NCBI GenBank assembly: GCA_964016885.1
Contig: OZ024746.1
Location: 5,084,001 to 5,148,000 of the forward strand
Direction of reading: 5' to 3'
Length of the DNA stretch: 64,000 bases
Source: Eledone cirrhosa
Lineage: Eukaryota
Of this stretch, positions 28,563 to 42,810 are shown in pieces. The notes under the pieces are model-generated. The model was not told the DNA's origin. It saw only the letters and a program-made list of their open reading frames with translations, and did not search any database. A program made the translations under genes and the position numbers. Each line of letters starts with the position of its first letter. Position 1 is the stretch's first letter.

Positions 28563-29461
28563 ATATATTCGATAAACTTTCTGGAATTCTATTTAAAAGG
28601 GCTACAGAATGGACAACACGAAGACTCTTTTATTCTACTCAAGAGATCCTATACATATGGTTTGACAATTCTTTAGTTCTATTTAGCCAAACATTGCGAT
28701 GACGAACTTTGTGGTTAATTAAAGGTCATGTAGGTCGTATGTTTATGGTGAACAATACGTGAGGAATTGGCAAACTGATCATTTGGATTAATCACTGAAA
28801 ATGGTTTTCCTAAAGACACCAGAATTCAGTAGACCATGAAATAGAGGCATAGACGGAATTATTGTAGTTACGGTAACTCTTTAAATACAACATTTATCTA
28901 CAACAAAGAGTAAAATAAAACACACACACACATATATAATATATAATTCTGTAGACATTTCGAAGAAAATTTGGCTGCAGCTGGAATTATGTATAATCCT
29001 AGAAAAGTTTGAATAAATTTCAAATTTCTATGAATTGTTCTGTGATGCAGATTGTTTTCTTAGTGGTCAGGCGAAACGATTGTTGTAACAATGGTTTATG
29101 ACTTTGTAAAGAAAATATTATTCTATCAAATATCTGAATGACATTCATAACTATTATATAAACAATGGTAACTATCACATTATGTTTCCTCTAATAATAG
29201 TGCAACAATGTCCTTTTGGACTTGTTAAGTCTATGTCAAGTCAACTACATTTATTCAAGATATACACCTAACCCTTTCTCAATACTGTCTCACTTCTCGG
29301 AACATTTTCTTCTGTACTACATATGTTCGGAATTTGCTTGTTTCTATCTACTATCCCGGATGCTTGAGTTGATAAAGTGTCTAAATATCAACTAAATACC
29401 AACTAAACAATTGACTCAGAACAGCTCAGTTCACATAACTTTAAATAGATATCAGAAAGTA

Positions 29462-29765
29462 TTTCGCAGTCTGCGACTAACGCAGGTACTGCTGCACGTC
29501 GGGCTGAGGAGGCCAAACTCTCCAAGTACAGGTCGCTCTCCGACAAGTTCGCGGTCGTGCCCTTGGCTGTGGAGACTTCTGGTGTCTTTGGCCCTAGGGC
29601 TATCTCCCTATTCACCACCATAGGCGCCGAGCTGGCCAGCCGCAGGTGCGAGCCTCGCGAGTTGGAATGGCTCTTCCAGCGGATCTCCCTTACCATCCTC
29701 CAGGGAAACGCCTTCTCCATCCTCTCTGCCGGGGCTGTGGGGAGGCCAGCACGTGGGACCCCATT
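29462..29765 (+). mobile_element. CRE-type RLE 3' fragment
   Basis: AARRAEEAKLSKYRSLSDKFAVVPLAVETSGVFGP...QRISLTILQGNA, a close relative of 14240-14520. Confidence 0.85.
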
Positions 29766-31384
29766 TGCTCACCATACGGATTAATAGGCAAAGTTTAAAA
29801 CTATTGTTTTTACCGGTTGGAAGTCGGTGTGACAGTTCTGTGGTTTTCAGTTTTCACGAGATGTATTAGTGATGTGATAGAGAGGAGGTAATTCTGGACA
29901 GAAGCAGAACATTGCTGAGTATGTAGTTTATGTGCTATGTTGTGGGTGATAAATCATTTACATCTATTTATTTTCCATTCATTACACGGAAACGAAATAT
30001 TCATTGGTGATCCAACAACAGACCCACGCCCAATAGTTTGAATTATATGTCAACTGTAAAAAAGGGATCTAATTCGCCAATAAATGAAACACCCTAATTT
30101 TAAGTCACAAATAATTCTTTTTTCAAAACACAAGTGTGTCGTCCTAAGTTAGATATGAATTCCGTTCTGAATGGACCCGAGAAAATTCTTCTCTTGTTTA
30201 GAATAGTAAACCATTCTAAAAATTTTTCAGATAGAAAAGTAGAAGATTTATTAAAGGAGTTTCTACAGGGCAGGCAAATCCCTCGAAACAAACGGCTTCA
30301 GTCTCGAATGTTCTAAAACTTCAAAGACATTGAAACTACACCACATTAAAGCAACAACTGTGAAAAAGGTAGCTGAGGAATGAAAGGTTAAACCACTGAT
30401 TAGTGTGTGTGTTTGTGACAGCTCACACCTATGCAGGTTTAGTTGGCCTCCTCCAAAGTATATCTCGCTGGAGGTATCTTGGGTGATTTAATGATAGGGA
30501 CCCCAGTCCTATCATCTCTTTTCTACAGCTGAGTAAACTGGAGCAACGTGAAATAAAGTGACTTGCTCAAGGAAACAACACATCACCCGATCCGAGAATC
30601 GAACTCACAACATTTCGATTGCAATCTCAATGCTCTAACCACTAAGCCATCCGCCTTCACTGATTAGTAGAAAGTGGTAATGGAGATTATTAGTTCAGCA
30701 TCTTGTAAAGAATCTGAAGTGTAGAATAAAAAAATGAAATACTTGATTTTCAGCTGAGTATACCGGAGCAACGTGAAACGAAGTGTCTTGCTCAATAACA
30801 CAACACACAACCCAGCCCAGGAATTGAACCCACGAAACCAGGATAAGCACCGGCCTGACGAGCGTGCTGGCTTGAAAAAGACTTTAGATTGTAAATATTT
30901 GACCCTGTCTAAAGTAGGAAATTGATATTATTATCATAATTCTAACCTTAGACAAATAAACCAGATTTCTGGCACTAAACTAAAACATTTGTCACTTAAC
31001 AACAAAATATTAATTTTTTTTTATACTCGGCACCCAGACAAGCTTAGTAGCGAAAACGTTATGGTCATTTAACTTAACCTAGTATAATTCTGGCACTAGA
31101 ACATTCATTATTTAGACTTAGAATCAAAGCGAAGTTACTAAATATTGTAAAAAGCTGAACTGATCACTAAAGTATATTTTATGACCTTCGACATGCAGAG
31201 AACAACAGATTCATTCCTAAATCATATCAAAATTAAAATCAATAGACCGTTATTGATGATTTGAAGATGAATAAAATCCACGGAAATTAGAATTTCAATA
31301 TGAGCTGAAATAAAGTTGATAACGTTAAAGAGGATGACCTTTAAATAATTAATATTTCCAAGTGAAACGAATGAGTCTAACATA

Positions 31385-31601
31385 TGAGGGGATGCTGAAA
31401 ATTCTTGGCTTTGGATAAAATAAAACACAGGAGGATCAGTTAATTATTATTTTATTCAACTTATTCCCCTCTCAGATTCACTCACTTATTGCAGTGGTCC
31501 TTCAGTTTTTCTAAGCCCTGCAAAAAGAACTCCGATGGTTGGGCCTACAGCCAGGTCTCTGTAGCAGTGACCAAGCTAGGAACTTTTCAGCGCCCCCTTC
31601 G
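31385..31601. mobile_element. Mariner-type MITE
   Basis: TIR tgaggggatgctgaaaattcttggctt / aagctaggaacttttcagcgcccccttcg, flanked by TA. Confidence 0.75.
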
Positions 31602-31750
31602 TAAACCTATGATCAAAACCTTCTAGTTGTGACTAGCCCGTCTTTTCGTATATCACGGGATACATCGTCTAATGCGTCCTTTCCTGTTGTTGTTGATTTT
31701 GTTGTTTATTATGTGGACTGCGATAACACACTCGATAAATTGATTTCAAA

Positions 31751-31964
31751 CGAGAGGGTGTTTAAAAGTTCCTGGCTTTGGATGAAAGAAAATACAGGAG
31801 GATCAGTTAATTATGATTTATTCTACTTATTCCCCTCTCAGATTCACACACTTATTACAGCCCTTCAGTTTTTCTAAGCCCTGTAAAAAGAACTTGAAAT
31901 GTTGGGCCTCCAGCCAGGCCTCTGTAGCAGTGATCAAGCTAGGAACGTTTTTAGCATCCCCTCG
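31751..31964. mobile_element. Mariner-type MITE, second copy
   Basis: cgagagggtgtttaaaagttcctggctt ... aagctaggaacgtttttagcatcccctcg|ta, with the same internal sequence as 31385-31601. Confidence 0.75.
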
Positions 31965-33170
31965 TATATGTCCAATATATAGTATAAGCGCATGTTCAAT
32001 CATTGATAAATTATTTTGTCTTGGCAGGATACTCTGCCGAGTTGACTTCTAGTAAGACTGCAATCCAACCATCATTTCACATAGGATCTTAGGTAACTAC
32101 TTCCCAGCAAACTAAAGTGAATAGAGGAAAACATTTTCTCAGACATTGCAATGCTAGTGATTGGATGGGAAACATTAGACAAGAAATCAAAATGTTATCG
32201 ACCCAGCTAATTTGAACCTCATCTAAATATCTCTGAAGTTGATGAAGGAATTCAATCATGTTATAAGAGTTCTTAGTAATACCACTGTTATAAAGAATAA
32301 AAGCATACTTTATATTGATATAACTTATTGTAAAGTGTTAACATCTTCACAAACACTTACACAAGTTGAAACATAAGTTAAACTTCAAATATATTTGTTT
32401 AGATCTACACAAAATCACAATTCTCCTAATACACACACAAACATTCCCATATATAGACCATATATACACTCACACGCACGAAATGGTCGTGTTATCTTCA
32501 TACATATATGTAATATTAGATACTTTACCTTGAATTCATTATAGCAGAAATCCAGTTTAGTACAAACGAGATAAGTATTAAACAGCAACAAAAATTACAA
32601 ACATAATATTTATTACGACAGATCACATAATGATGAAAAAATATTTAAAATTTAACCCAAATCTAAACACAATGGCAAACATGTAGTTTTCTATTATCAT
32701 AAATTGGTAAGAAACTCAGTTTTACCACGACTTACTTTAAAAACAAAAGCCTATTTTTACCCCCATTTTATACAAAAAAAAAGAAAGAATAGAACAGGTT
32801 TGTTTCTGTCATATTAGGTTCAAAATTTCTACTATTATATTAATCGATTTTCTACAAAGAAATCAGATATAGATTGACTGCCTTCCATCACGGCCTGTAC
32901 TAGTTTACATCGGTTACATTGAAATGGAGCTTATATTTAACTTTCTATTTATCAGATGTAACATTTGTGCTTTGCTAACAAAACAAAAACAAAAACAAAA
33001 GGCAAAACAAAACAAAAGGAAGAACTAAACAAAAGGAAGATTGAAACAAAAACCGTTTCTGAAAGGAATTTGGCAAGAAAAAGATACAGTAAAGTGAATA
33101 TTATGAGCACGTAATATATATAGGTATTGAAAAAAATGTCTATATATATATGTATATCGTTATCGATATA

Positions 33171-33286
<116 letters not shown>

Positions 33287-33386
33287 CGACAACGATATAT
33301 ATATATATATATATATATATAAACACATATATATATATATATATAAATATATCTGTATCTCTCTCTCTCTATATATATATATATAC

Positions 33387-33421
<35 letters not shown>

Positions 33422-33468
33422 ACATATATATACAATATATATATATATATATTTATTATGTATATATA

Positions 33469-33521
<53 letters not shown>

Positions 33522-34539
33522 GCATATATCTTTTCCAACATTGACATACACATGCACACACACAAACATATGTAAAACTAAAAACTAAAGAGGTTACTAG
33601 AGAGGGAAGTAAGTGATGGAGGAAACTAAAGTAAAACTTGATAAAACAAAAAGAAGGGAAACGATTTAAACTAAACCACAAACAAACAAATAAATAAATA
33701 ACTAAATAAAAAGACCGCAGGGTATAAAACATTAAGATTTTTATAAAAATTAATAGGAAAAAAATCACAAACCTCGAAAACGTCGAAAATATGACAAAAA
33801 TCGATATATAGACGATAAAAGTTTTGTTCAAAGAAAAATTAATATAAGTAAAAACGCGAAAGCTATAAATCAATTGTGATATGACAAATTCAATGTAACA
33901 GAAAAGAAAATATGTAAAGACAAGGATTAGGTCATTGTAAAATATATTTCTTTTTTACTTTCAAACATTTTTACTTGAGTAACTGTAAATAGCATTTTGC
34001 TTTCAGTCAAATACTTTCTTGGATTTTAATGAAAACTTGTGGTACAGAAAGGTGTCGTCAGCCATATTGGTATACCAACTTTACTGAAATTTCTGTTTTT
34101 GTTGATTTTGCGGCTGCCGCTGCTGCTGCTACTGTCATTATTGTTGTTGCTGCTGCCTCTGCTGCCTCTGCTGTCGCTGCTGCCGTCGTCGTCGTTGTTG
34201 TCGTTGTTTAGCCCCAAGTCAACCCCGATCAAGATGTAAGATTAAAGGTTTTCCAGCAATTTTCACTGTTTTTTTTAAGGGTACCTAACACACTCTATAC
34301 TTTTATTAAAGCTAAAATAAGTACATATGAGGTAATTTAGCTACTATATCTAACAGGTCAAGTGTCCACGTAGAGGTTTACTCGAGTTTCTGTTATTAAA
34401 GTTGTTAAGCTGGTGCTGTTACCAACGTGTTGTAGTCACTATCTTCTGTTGATGGTGATGATGATGGTGATAGTGGCAGTGATATTCCTGAAGATAATGG
34501 TGCCGATGAGATGATTATTATTATTATTGGATTTCCAAG

Positions 34540-34750
34540 GGTGGTGGATTGGCAGAATCGGTAGAGCGTCGGACACCATGCTTCGCAGCATAGAGTTACG
34601 ACCCTTTGCGGTCTGAGTTCAAATCCCGCCGAGGTTAACTTTGCTTTTCATCCTTACGGGGTCGATAAAATAAAGTACTAGTAACGTACTCGGGTAGATT
34701 TATTTGACTTTCCCTTCTCCCCAAATTACTGGCCTTGCGCCTATACTAGC
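34540..34750 (+). mobile_element. Meta-core SINE
   Basis: Full head and core present. Confidence 0.85.
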
Positions 34751-35049
34751 AATCATCATCATTATTATTATTTCAGGAAACAATGCCCGATGGCCAAGCT
34801 TAAACTGTTTCCATGGCAAAATCACTACCTGTGAATATTGATCCAGAAATCTGATACATTTGTAAATCATATGAGAGAGTGACATCTTTCTATACCCCTC
34901 TCTCTCTTACTCTCTCTCTCTTCCTCTTTCTCTCTCTCAGGCACACACATATACACACATATACGCACACACACACCACACAAAACAAACACACAAACAC
35001 ACAAACAGTCACACACAAACATACAACAGACACATACATATGTATACAT

Positions 35050-35375
35050 TTGACGGGCCTCTCAACAGTTTCCGCATGACAACATTCTCTGACAAGGTGA
35101 TTGGTCAACCCGAGGCTATAGTAGCCAAATCCTGTTAAAGATGTTAGTTACTGAGTGACATCGAAACCGGAACCACGTTGATATGAAGAGAACTACACAA
35201 TCACACATAAACAGAGGCTGTGTCCTGAAGACGTTCGTTTTACAACCACAGTTTCGGCGTTGGTCTCATTGTGTGGCAGCCTGTACAACTATCTTCTACT
35301 ATAGCCTCGACTTGAGTAATGACTAATGACTTGTGAGTAAAATTTGGCAAATGGAAACTGCACGGAAGCCTATTA
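35050..35375. mobile_element. Two diverged, oppositely oriented copies of a third SINE family (cttctactatagcctcg...ggaaactg core)
   Basis: 35050-35200(-) and 35225-35375(+). Relatives occur at 12550-12690(-), 42495-42640(+) and 58370-58500(+). Confidence 0.55.
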
Positions 35376-35567
35376 TAAATATATTTGTGTGTATGAATAT
35401 ATATATATATATATATGAAAACAGGGAGAAAGAGACGATTATATAAATATACACACAGGCATACATGAATGCACACGTACATACATATGTAGGTACATAC
35501 ATTCATACATATATATGCATACATATGTATGTATATATATACATACATTCATATATACATATGTATG

Positions 35568-35681
<114 letters not shown>

Positions 35682-36928
35682 TACATGCATAGTTATTCAC
35701 AGATATATTCAACCGTACATAATTACACACAAACATGATATTGAAAGACACTTTGATATTTTAAAGTTAAGAACAAACAACACAACCTTTAAAGCTCCTT
35801 TTTGAAAAAGGCAATCCCATTATGGCCGGAGGGTATCGCTTGTCTGTACTGAAGTAAAGGGGTCAAGTGATTTAAAGTGAAAGGTCAATAAACAAATAGA
35901 TAGATTTAATGAATAGTAGACGCTTCTCGAAATATAATAAAATATATAGAACCGAAATTGTTTGAGACTTTCAATTCATAAATAGAGTTTGACATTAAAA
36001 GTAAGTAGAATGAAATGTTGGAGAAGGGTCCATATAAACATGATAGCGTCGTTAATATAACCTCCTTGTTTTAACAAGACTATATGTAAATGTCAATGTA
36101 AATAATTATATCAAATCTGTATACTTGAATATTAGCTGAAGCGTGTCCCTGCCATTTGGCTACCGGGCTTTGATATTTCCAGATACGAAGAATTATATTA
36201 TTTCATTTTATCTTCATTAAATATATGAGAGACTTTCGTTGATAGCAGCTTTGCTGATTCGTTGATAATATCGAGACAGAAACATGGCTGTTGTACACAG
36301 AGATACAATATAACGAACAATGGCTCCACTTGCTAGAAATAGAACCACATAACTACCATATGTCACTCCACGGTGTGAAGGACACACTGGACACACTGGA
36401 CACGGTCATTACATAGTAGCGTCCTAGGTATAGACCAAGGGTATGGTTACATCATGGATGAATGGATGGATGGAATGGATTTCATTACAGTTCTGCTCGA
36501 TCATGGTTGACCTGGCGTTAATAACAATAACGCCCCCCCACACACACATACACATACACATACATACACACACACATACAAACACACACACGCACACACA
36601 CACACACAAACACGTATAAACAAAAGAATGGCTTCTACAGGAATAGAACTGTTTCATTCAAAATAAATCATGTGGAAATCACCTATGCATCAAGTGCTCA
36701 AGTCGGTGAACCAGTAGTAATGTTAAGTTTACAAACCATTAAACTCCTCCTCCCTCTCTCTCTCCCTCTCTCTCCCTCTCTCTCTCTCTATTTATATATA
36801 TATATATATAATTGAACATACAAGAGAGATAAACACAAATATAAACATACATGTGTTCGAATTGTCATATATATATATATATATATGCTTCGAATTGTCA
36901 TATATATATATATGCTTCGTAGAATCGA

Positions 36929-37023
36929 GACGTATCCGACGACCGAGTGATTTCAGAGTCAGGTTTGATCACCATATCGATCGTGCCTCGAGCTGGTCGC
37001 TCGAGAAACAATTGTGATATGTC
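36929..37023 (+). ncRNA. Variant or decayed hammerhead motif
   Basis: gacgtat-CCGACGA-ccgagtga...tcgctcga-GAAA-caattg-TG-atatgtc. Stems I and II pair and loop III is palindromic, but the core deviates. Confidence 0.5.
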
Positions 37024-37064
37024 CAATAAATTCCTTTCGTCGCAACACTGATTCTCTTTTTTCT

Positions 37065-37131
<67 letters not shown>

Positions 37132-37757
37132 CCCATTTGCAACTCCGCAGCACGTTTATTCTCATATTTACACATATTTTTTCCCCCGCTGTGACCCGTC
37201 TAGTTCGTTCTTACTGCTTCCTCTTTCTCTGTATCTTTACCCTCTCTAACAGTCACTCTCTCTGTTAGCCTCTTCCTCACCCTTCACTCACTCACTCTCT
37301 GTTACTACCTCTCCCCCTCCTCCTTCTTCCCGTTTAACCTGTGTGTAATTCTTTTCTTTCGCACGCTTGGCCAGGCCGGTCGGCATTTTTTCTCTCTCTC
37401 GTCTACGATTTCACAGAACTTATGTTTACCGAATTCACGGACTAGACCCCCTCTTCCTCCCGTTAGACCTGTGCGAAATTCCTTCCTTGCTCACATTTAA
37501 ACCAGGTTTGATGGTCTTTATTCTCTCTCGTTCACGATTTCACCGAACTTATATTCATGGAAATTTGGGACTTGACTCGTTCTTCCTCATTTTTCGTTGC
37601 TTCACCATCTTTGTTTGTTTACACTCTCGCTGTTCCCTTCATTTACATGTCCCAACGACTTTCTTTAGCCGTTGCTCGCACCAACCGGAGGGATATGGTC
37701 TTTAAAGCGAAGAAATACCGATGATAGTTGGAAGATCACTGATGAAGGACCACTTTA

Positions 37758-37798
<41 letters not shown>

Positions 37799-38939
37799 TA
37801 TGTATATGTGTGTGTGTTCATACTTATGATATTTATAAATAAATATGTACACACACACACACACATATACATATATATACATATGTTCGTTTGTGTGTAT
37901 GTGTGTCTGTAAATATGCGTGTGTGTATGTTTAATTGTATATATATGTACGTGAGGATGTGGAGATTTTGAACTGTCAACGAAGAACGCAGCCGTAAAAT
38001 ATTGTTGCTGGAAATTTATTGCTGTCGTATTTAATACACTTAAAGAAACAATCTATCTTACCTAACATCGTGTGGCGCTGTCTGGAATCGTTGAACCAAG
38101 GTGTTATAATCTATCGAGCTTGTCAGTCAATTTGAGATATTTCCGTTATACGATTTAGACTCGGATCAAGAAAAATAGCTCGTTTCGAGAGATAACGCCA
38201 GTTGTCGTAAAAGTGATTGATATTTGAACGACTTTATCTCTCACTGCTTCATTTTATTTTGTTTGTCATTAATATATTTTGCTTTCTTATTTTCAGTTAT
38301 TTTCTTTACTTAGTGTATATGTTTTCTATTTACGAACGTACTATGTTGTCGCTCACGTAAAACCTAGTTTGTTTCAGTTAGTTTATTTTAAATTTTACTT
38401 ATTTCTTTTCTTTCTCACAGACATTTACGGAGATAGTTTTCCTTTTAATTTCTTTTTCAAACGATTAGTAATACAAGTATTTAAAAATAACATAAATATA
38501 TGAGACGAAAACGAGCAGATAATGTTTTTCACAGCAACGATGTTGTTCTATCTATTTGCAAATCATTGCCTTCCTAAAGAATTAGGAAATAAAAATAAAC
38601 GATTAAATGTAAAATATACAAACAAATAATTTATTGCAGTATTGAAGCCATGGAATTACAGTGAGGAAAATTAAGAGATTGCTACTTAAGTCTTTTACAA
38701 AAATCTAAGAGAAAGCGCTTCTGCTGAGACGCGAACTATCTTACATACATGTAAACATAGTTAAACATAGTTAAACATAGAGAAAAAGAAAGCAGTATTG
38801 GAAAGTACTATAAATGCCATAAATAAGAAGAAAATGAGGGAAAAACCAAGGATTACTTGGAAGAAAGAAAGGGGAAAGGGTGAAATGGTGACAGACTCTA
38901 CACCAAGGTCAGAGCGGTGTTTCGGCTGCGCCTCACGGA

Positions 38940-39120
38940 CAAAATAGCAAATGGACTCAGACTGTAACAGCCACCCCACCTCGCGGGGCTCCTTCCTCAC
39001 ACAGGCTGCTATCGATCCGATTTTACCGAGGAGGTCAGTTGTCTGGGGTCTGAAGACGCCTGAGGTCACGACGGCGACCAGTGCAAAGAGGAAGCGATCA
39101 GACAAACTCCGGTATTTGCT
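38940..39120 (-). mobile_element. CRE-type RLE fragment
   Basis: SDRFLFALVAVVTSGVFRPQTTDLLGKIG...EPREVGWLLQ. Confidence 0.7.
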
Positions 39121-39454
39121 TGTAAATATTGTAAACCTTGAACATACTCTCCCCTTCTCTCTTTCTTCCTTTGTCTAGAAGTCCTTGCTCTCCCTTTCCT
39201 TTCCTAGCATTTATGGAATTTATAGTCCTTTCTAACGTGTCTTTCTTTTTCTCATACACCTGTGAATAAAACGATATGCAAGCTATGTTCCGCTGGTTGT
39301 GCAAAAATGAAAGGTACGAGACTTGTGATGTAGGACAAAACTTCTAGCTGATACATTTGTTGAAGCAAGGGTCATTTGAGGGGATTTTGTCTTGAAGAAT
39401 AGAAGATAAAAACAGTAATAGTTTTTACACGCAAAAAACACTCATACACTATCG

Positions 39455-39620
39455 ACCTGTACCGTCCTATACCATTATGTACCGTCCTATGCCGTCATGT
39501 ACCGTGCTGTACCGTCCTGTCTCGTCCTGTCTCGTCCTGCTCGTCCTGTACCACCCTGTATCGTCCTGTACCATCCTGTCCCGTCCAGTACCGTCCAGTG
39601 CTGTCCTCTGCCGTCCAGTG
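39455..39620. repeat. Degenerate 10-bp minisatellite (gtaccgtcct)
   Basis: About 16 degenerate units. Confidence 0.7.
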
Positions 39621-39993
39621 TTGCCTCTAACGTTTTCTTCATGTGAGCCCTGTGTGGCTAATCAAGAAATCATTATTAGTGAGGAAGTTGACCGAAGCAG
39701 TAGTGTATCGGACTAAAAACCTTACACTATTTCAACTATGGTCGTCTTGACATTTTATTCAGCTAAAATCGATAAAAATAAATACTAGCAATATATTGGA
39801 ATCGATTTAATGAGATATGTCTTATTGCTATTGTTGCGTTGTGGAAAACTGTGGTTAATGGATATGCCTGTGCTATATATACATATGTATATATATAGAA
39901 GGTGAGTAATATTGTAGAACAATAAAACTATGCATAAATCAGATAAGTAGCACTCAACAGTTGGTAGAACTGGAGTATATATAATAAAGACAT

Positions 39994-41157
39994 ATATTAC
40001 CATATCACAAGGATAATGAAAACTTTAAATCTAACCACCCTAATAACGTTAAAACTGCCATAGTCAAAAGCGTAGAAAAAAGAATTTCTAATTTATCCTC
40101 TAATAAGAATATCTTTGAAGCTAATGCCAACTATTATAATAATGCGCTATCTCGGGCTGGATATCTAGACAAAATTAGGTATACTAAAGAACATAATCTT
40201 GGCAGAGGTTATAATAACTCTAGTAATGTAGCTAGTAATAATCATACTGTTAACAAAAGGGGGAGACCTAGATATAAAAATATCCTTTGGTACAACGCTC
40301 CCTTCTCCTTTTCTGTTATTAATAATATCCCTAAATTATTTTTGAGGGCATTACATAACAGCTTCCCTCCTTCACATATATATAGCAAGATTTTCAATAG
40401 GCATACTATTAAATTCTCGTATTCTACTACTTCGAACATTTCAAAAATGATATCAAGACATAATTCTAAAATATTAAATAATAAATCATATGCATCCAAC
40501 CATTAGAGTCATAATGATAACAGTATAAGGCCCGACATCAATGTAAACTCTAGGCAAAATAACACAAGTATAAATACGACGTTAAATGTAACTTTGAGGA
40601 ATGCATCAAATAGTAATGTAAATCTAGAAACTTTAGCACCTGCTTTAGTTAATTCCACCACTCCTGATGTTAATATGATTAATCCTGGGCCACTTGCCAA
40701 TACTTCTGTAAATAATCTTAATCGTAAATGCAACTGCCCTATTAGAACTAATTGTCCTCTTAGTAATTTCTGTCTCGATAAAAACCTAGTATACGAATGT
40801 GAAGTGGTAACTAGTACCAATACCTATACCTACATTGGCTCTACTTCTACCTCCTTTAAAGCAAGATTCTATAATCATTTTTCTACGTTTAAATCTCCAC
40901 TTAAAAGGACCAACGCCGCACTCTCAGAACTTATTTGATCCTTAAAAGACAGAAACATAAATTACGAAATTTTTTGGCGTAAAATCTACAACGTATCTTC
41001 TTACTCCAATGCTTCCATATCTAGTGTTTGTAATTTATGTCTAGCAGAAAAATTTACCATTTTCTCGAATTTCAACACAATAATAAATCGAAGAACCGAT
41101 TTATTTGGACTTTGTAATCATAAATCCTACAAGACCTTTCACAAAGTATATAGCTGA
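39994..41157 (+). pseudogene. Penelope-like RT thumb, linker and GIY-YIG endonuclease
   Basis: One frame reads PYHK..SNHP..KRISNLSS..YNNALSRAGY..ILWYNAPFS..KIFNRHTIKFSYS..CNCPIRTNCPLSNFC..LVY..YIG..FKARFYNH..CNLCLAEK..CNH. In-frame stops are at 40504 (TAG) and 40936 (TGA). Confidence 0.9.
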
Positions 41158-41694
41158 TGTCCTATAACATATTCCACGAGTCACTGTTATCCTTACACAT
41201 CTTTCATTATATTCTACAATGTATTGTTTTGGTTTTCTCATTATATATTAAGCCTTTAATCTTCTTTTGTATAGCCTTAGATTTTCGCTCAAACCTTCGT
41301 AGATTTTGTAAACAAAAGATGACGTCATATTATAATAGATTTTCTCTACGTTTTTTTCTACGTTTATAAATCCTTTTAGCAATTTCCTTTATTTACTTGA
41401 TGATGTAAAATAAAATTTAAATAGTATACCCCATATATATATTTTTACTAGAAATTATTAACTTTGACATAGATAGACTATTTTTATTTTATAAAAATCT
41501 TTTTATATTTATTTCATTAATACATTTTTACACTTCTTAAACTAATTTAAACCCTTATAAAATAATACACACAGTTTCTATATTTAGACCTCTAATATTT
41601 GAATACCTTCTATAATATTTGCACATACACCTCATCAATTTATTTTTTAACCGTTATTTACAGCTGTTTTCAATTTGACAGCGTCCCTGATTAA

Positions 41695-41763
<69 letters not shown>

Positions 41764-41936
41764 TTCTTTTTTTCTTTCTTCTCTTTCTTTTTCCTTTTTT
41801 TCTCTTCTTCTATACTTTTCTTCTCCTTTTTCCTATCTATTTCTTACTATAGTAATAACATATATTTCTGTCATATGTAGACTTAGCACTTTCCTATAAA
41901 CAAGTGCTATTATGTCTCATATCATTGTACCTTATT

Positions 41937-42002
41937 TTTTATCTGAAGAGAACACAACATCTGTCCCAGGATGATTTTGTATTCGAAATACGTATAATAA
42001 AA
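41937..42002 (+). ncRNA. Minimal type-I hammerhead ribozyme of the Penelope pLTR
   Basis: ttttat-CTGAAGA-gaacacaa...ttgtattc-GAAA-tacgta-TA-ataaaa. Predicted cleavage is after 41996. Confidence 0.8.
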
Positions 42003-42061
42003 TATATGGAACTCATATAACCATCTTTATTTCATCTTTATTATATATATATCTATATCTA

Positions 42062-42153
<92 letters not shown>

Positions 42154-42157
<4 letters not shown>

Positions 42158-42810
42158 GCTTTATGGTGAGGGTATTCGGTTCACCACCGTAAGGTCTTGA
42201 GTTCAATTAACGGCTGCGGGTTGTGTCCTTGAGCAAGACACATTATTTCACGTTGCTCTAGTCCACTCAGATGACAAAAATGAGTTGTATCTGTAATTCG
42301 AAGGGTCAGTCTTGTGACATTCTGTGTCACGCTGAATCTCCCTGAGAACTACGTTAAAGGTGCACGTGTTTGTGGATTGATCAGCGTTAATTTCACGAGC
42401 AGGTTGTTCCGTTGAATGTATCAACAGGAATACTCGTCGTAGTAATCGACGGAGTGCCACTACAACTATATATTTTGTAACTATACATGTCAGCATGGCC
42501 AGATGGTTAAGACGTTAATTTCCCAGTCATTAGGTTCTTGGTTCGATCCTACTGCCGGGCAATCTTTGACAAGTGTCATTTACCTCGGGTCGACCATATG
42601 AGTGAAAATCTGGGTCGACAGAAACCTTTTGGAAGCCTGATGGATGGGCATTGTCTGTTTTTGAAAGGGGCAACCTTATAGTATGATGCTTCACTCTGAA
42701 TCTCCCTGAGAACTACGTTAAGGACACACATACCTGTTGAATACTCAGCTAGTTACACGTTAATTTCACGAGCAAACTGTTCCGTTGATCGACCACTGAA
42801 ACACCCACCG
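42154..42810 (+). mobile_element. SINE cluster (V/CORE-like head plus shared ctgaatctccctgagaactacgttaaagg tail)
   Basis: The tail segment is repeated at about 42330-42420 and 42695-42790. Confidence 0.65.

Larger units (their letters stand above)
39976..42050 (+). mobile_element. 5'-truncated Penelope-like element (C-terminal GIY-YIG type, possibly Nematis-like) with a long 3' UTR/pLTR
   Basis: ORF remnant, T-rich UTR and hammerhead at 41937, ending at a TA tract. Confidence 0.85.

Noticed and set aside
32529-32662. Minus-strand exon encoding a signal peptide
   Set aside because: The splice-like ends are plausible, but the upstream ATG frame hits TAA and the hydrophobic frame has no early ATG. 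There is no corroborating exon.
40936-40938. In-frame TGA in the Penelope ORF as selenocysteine (cf. Naiad selenoproteins)
   Set aside because: It falls where these endonucleases normally have Trp (TGG>TGA), a TAG also interrupts the frame, and the endonuclease is C-terminal, unlike Naiads.
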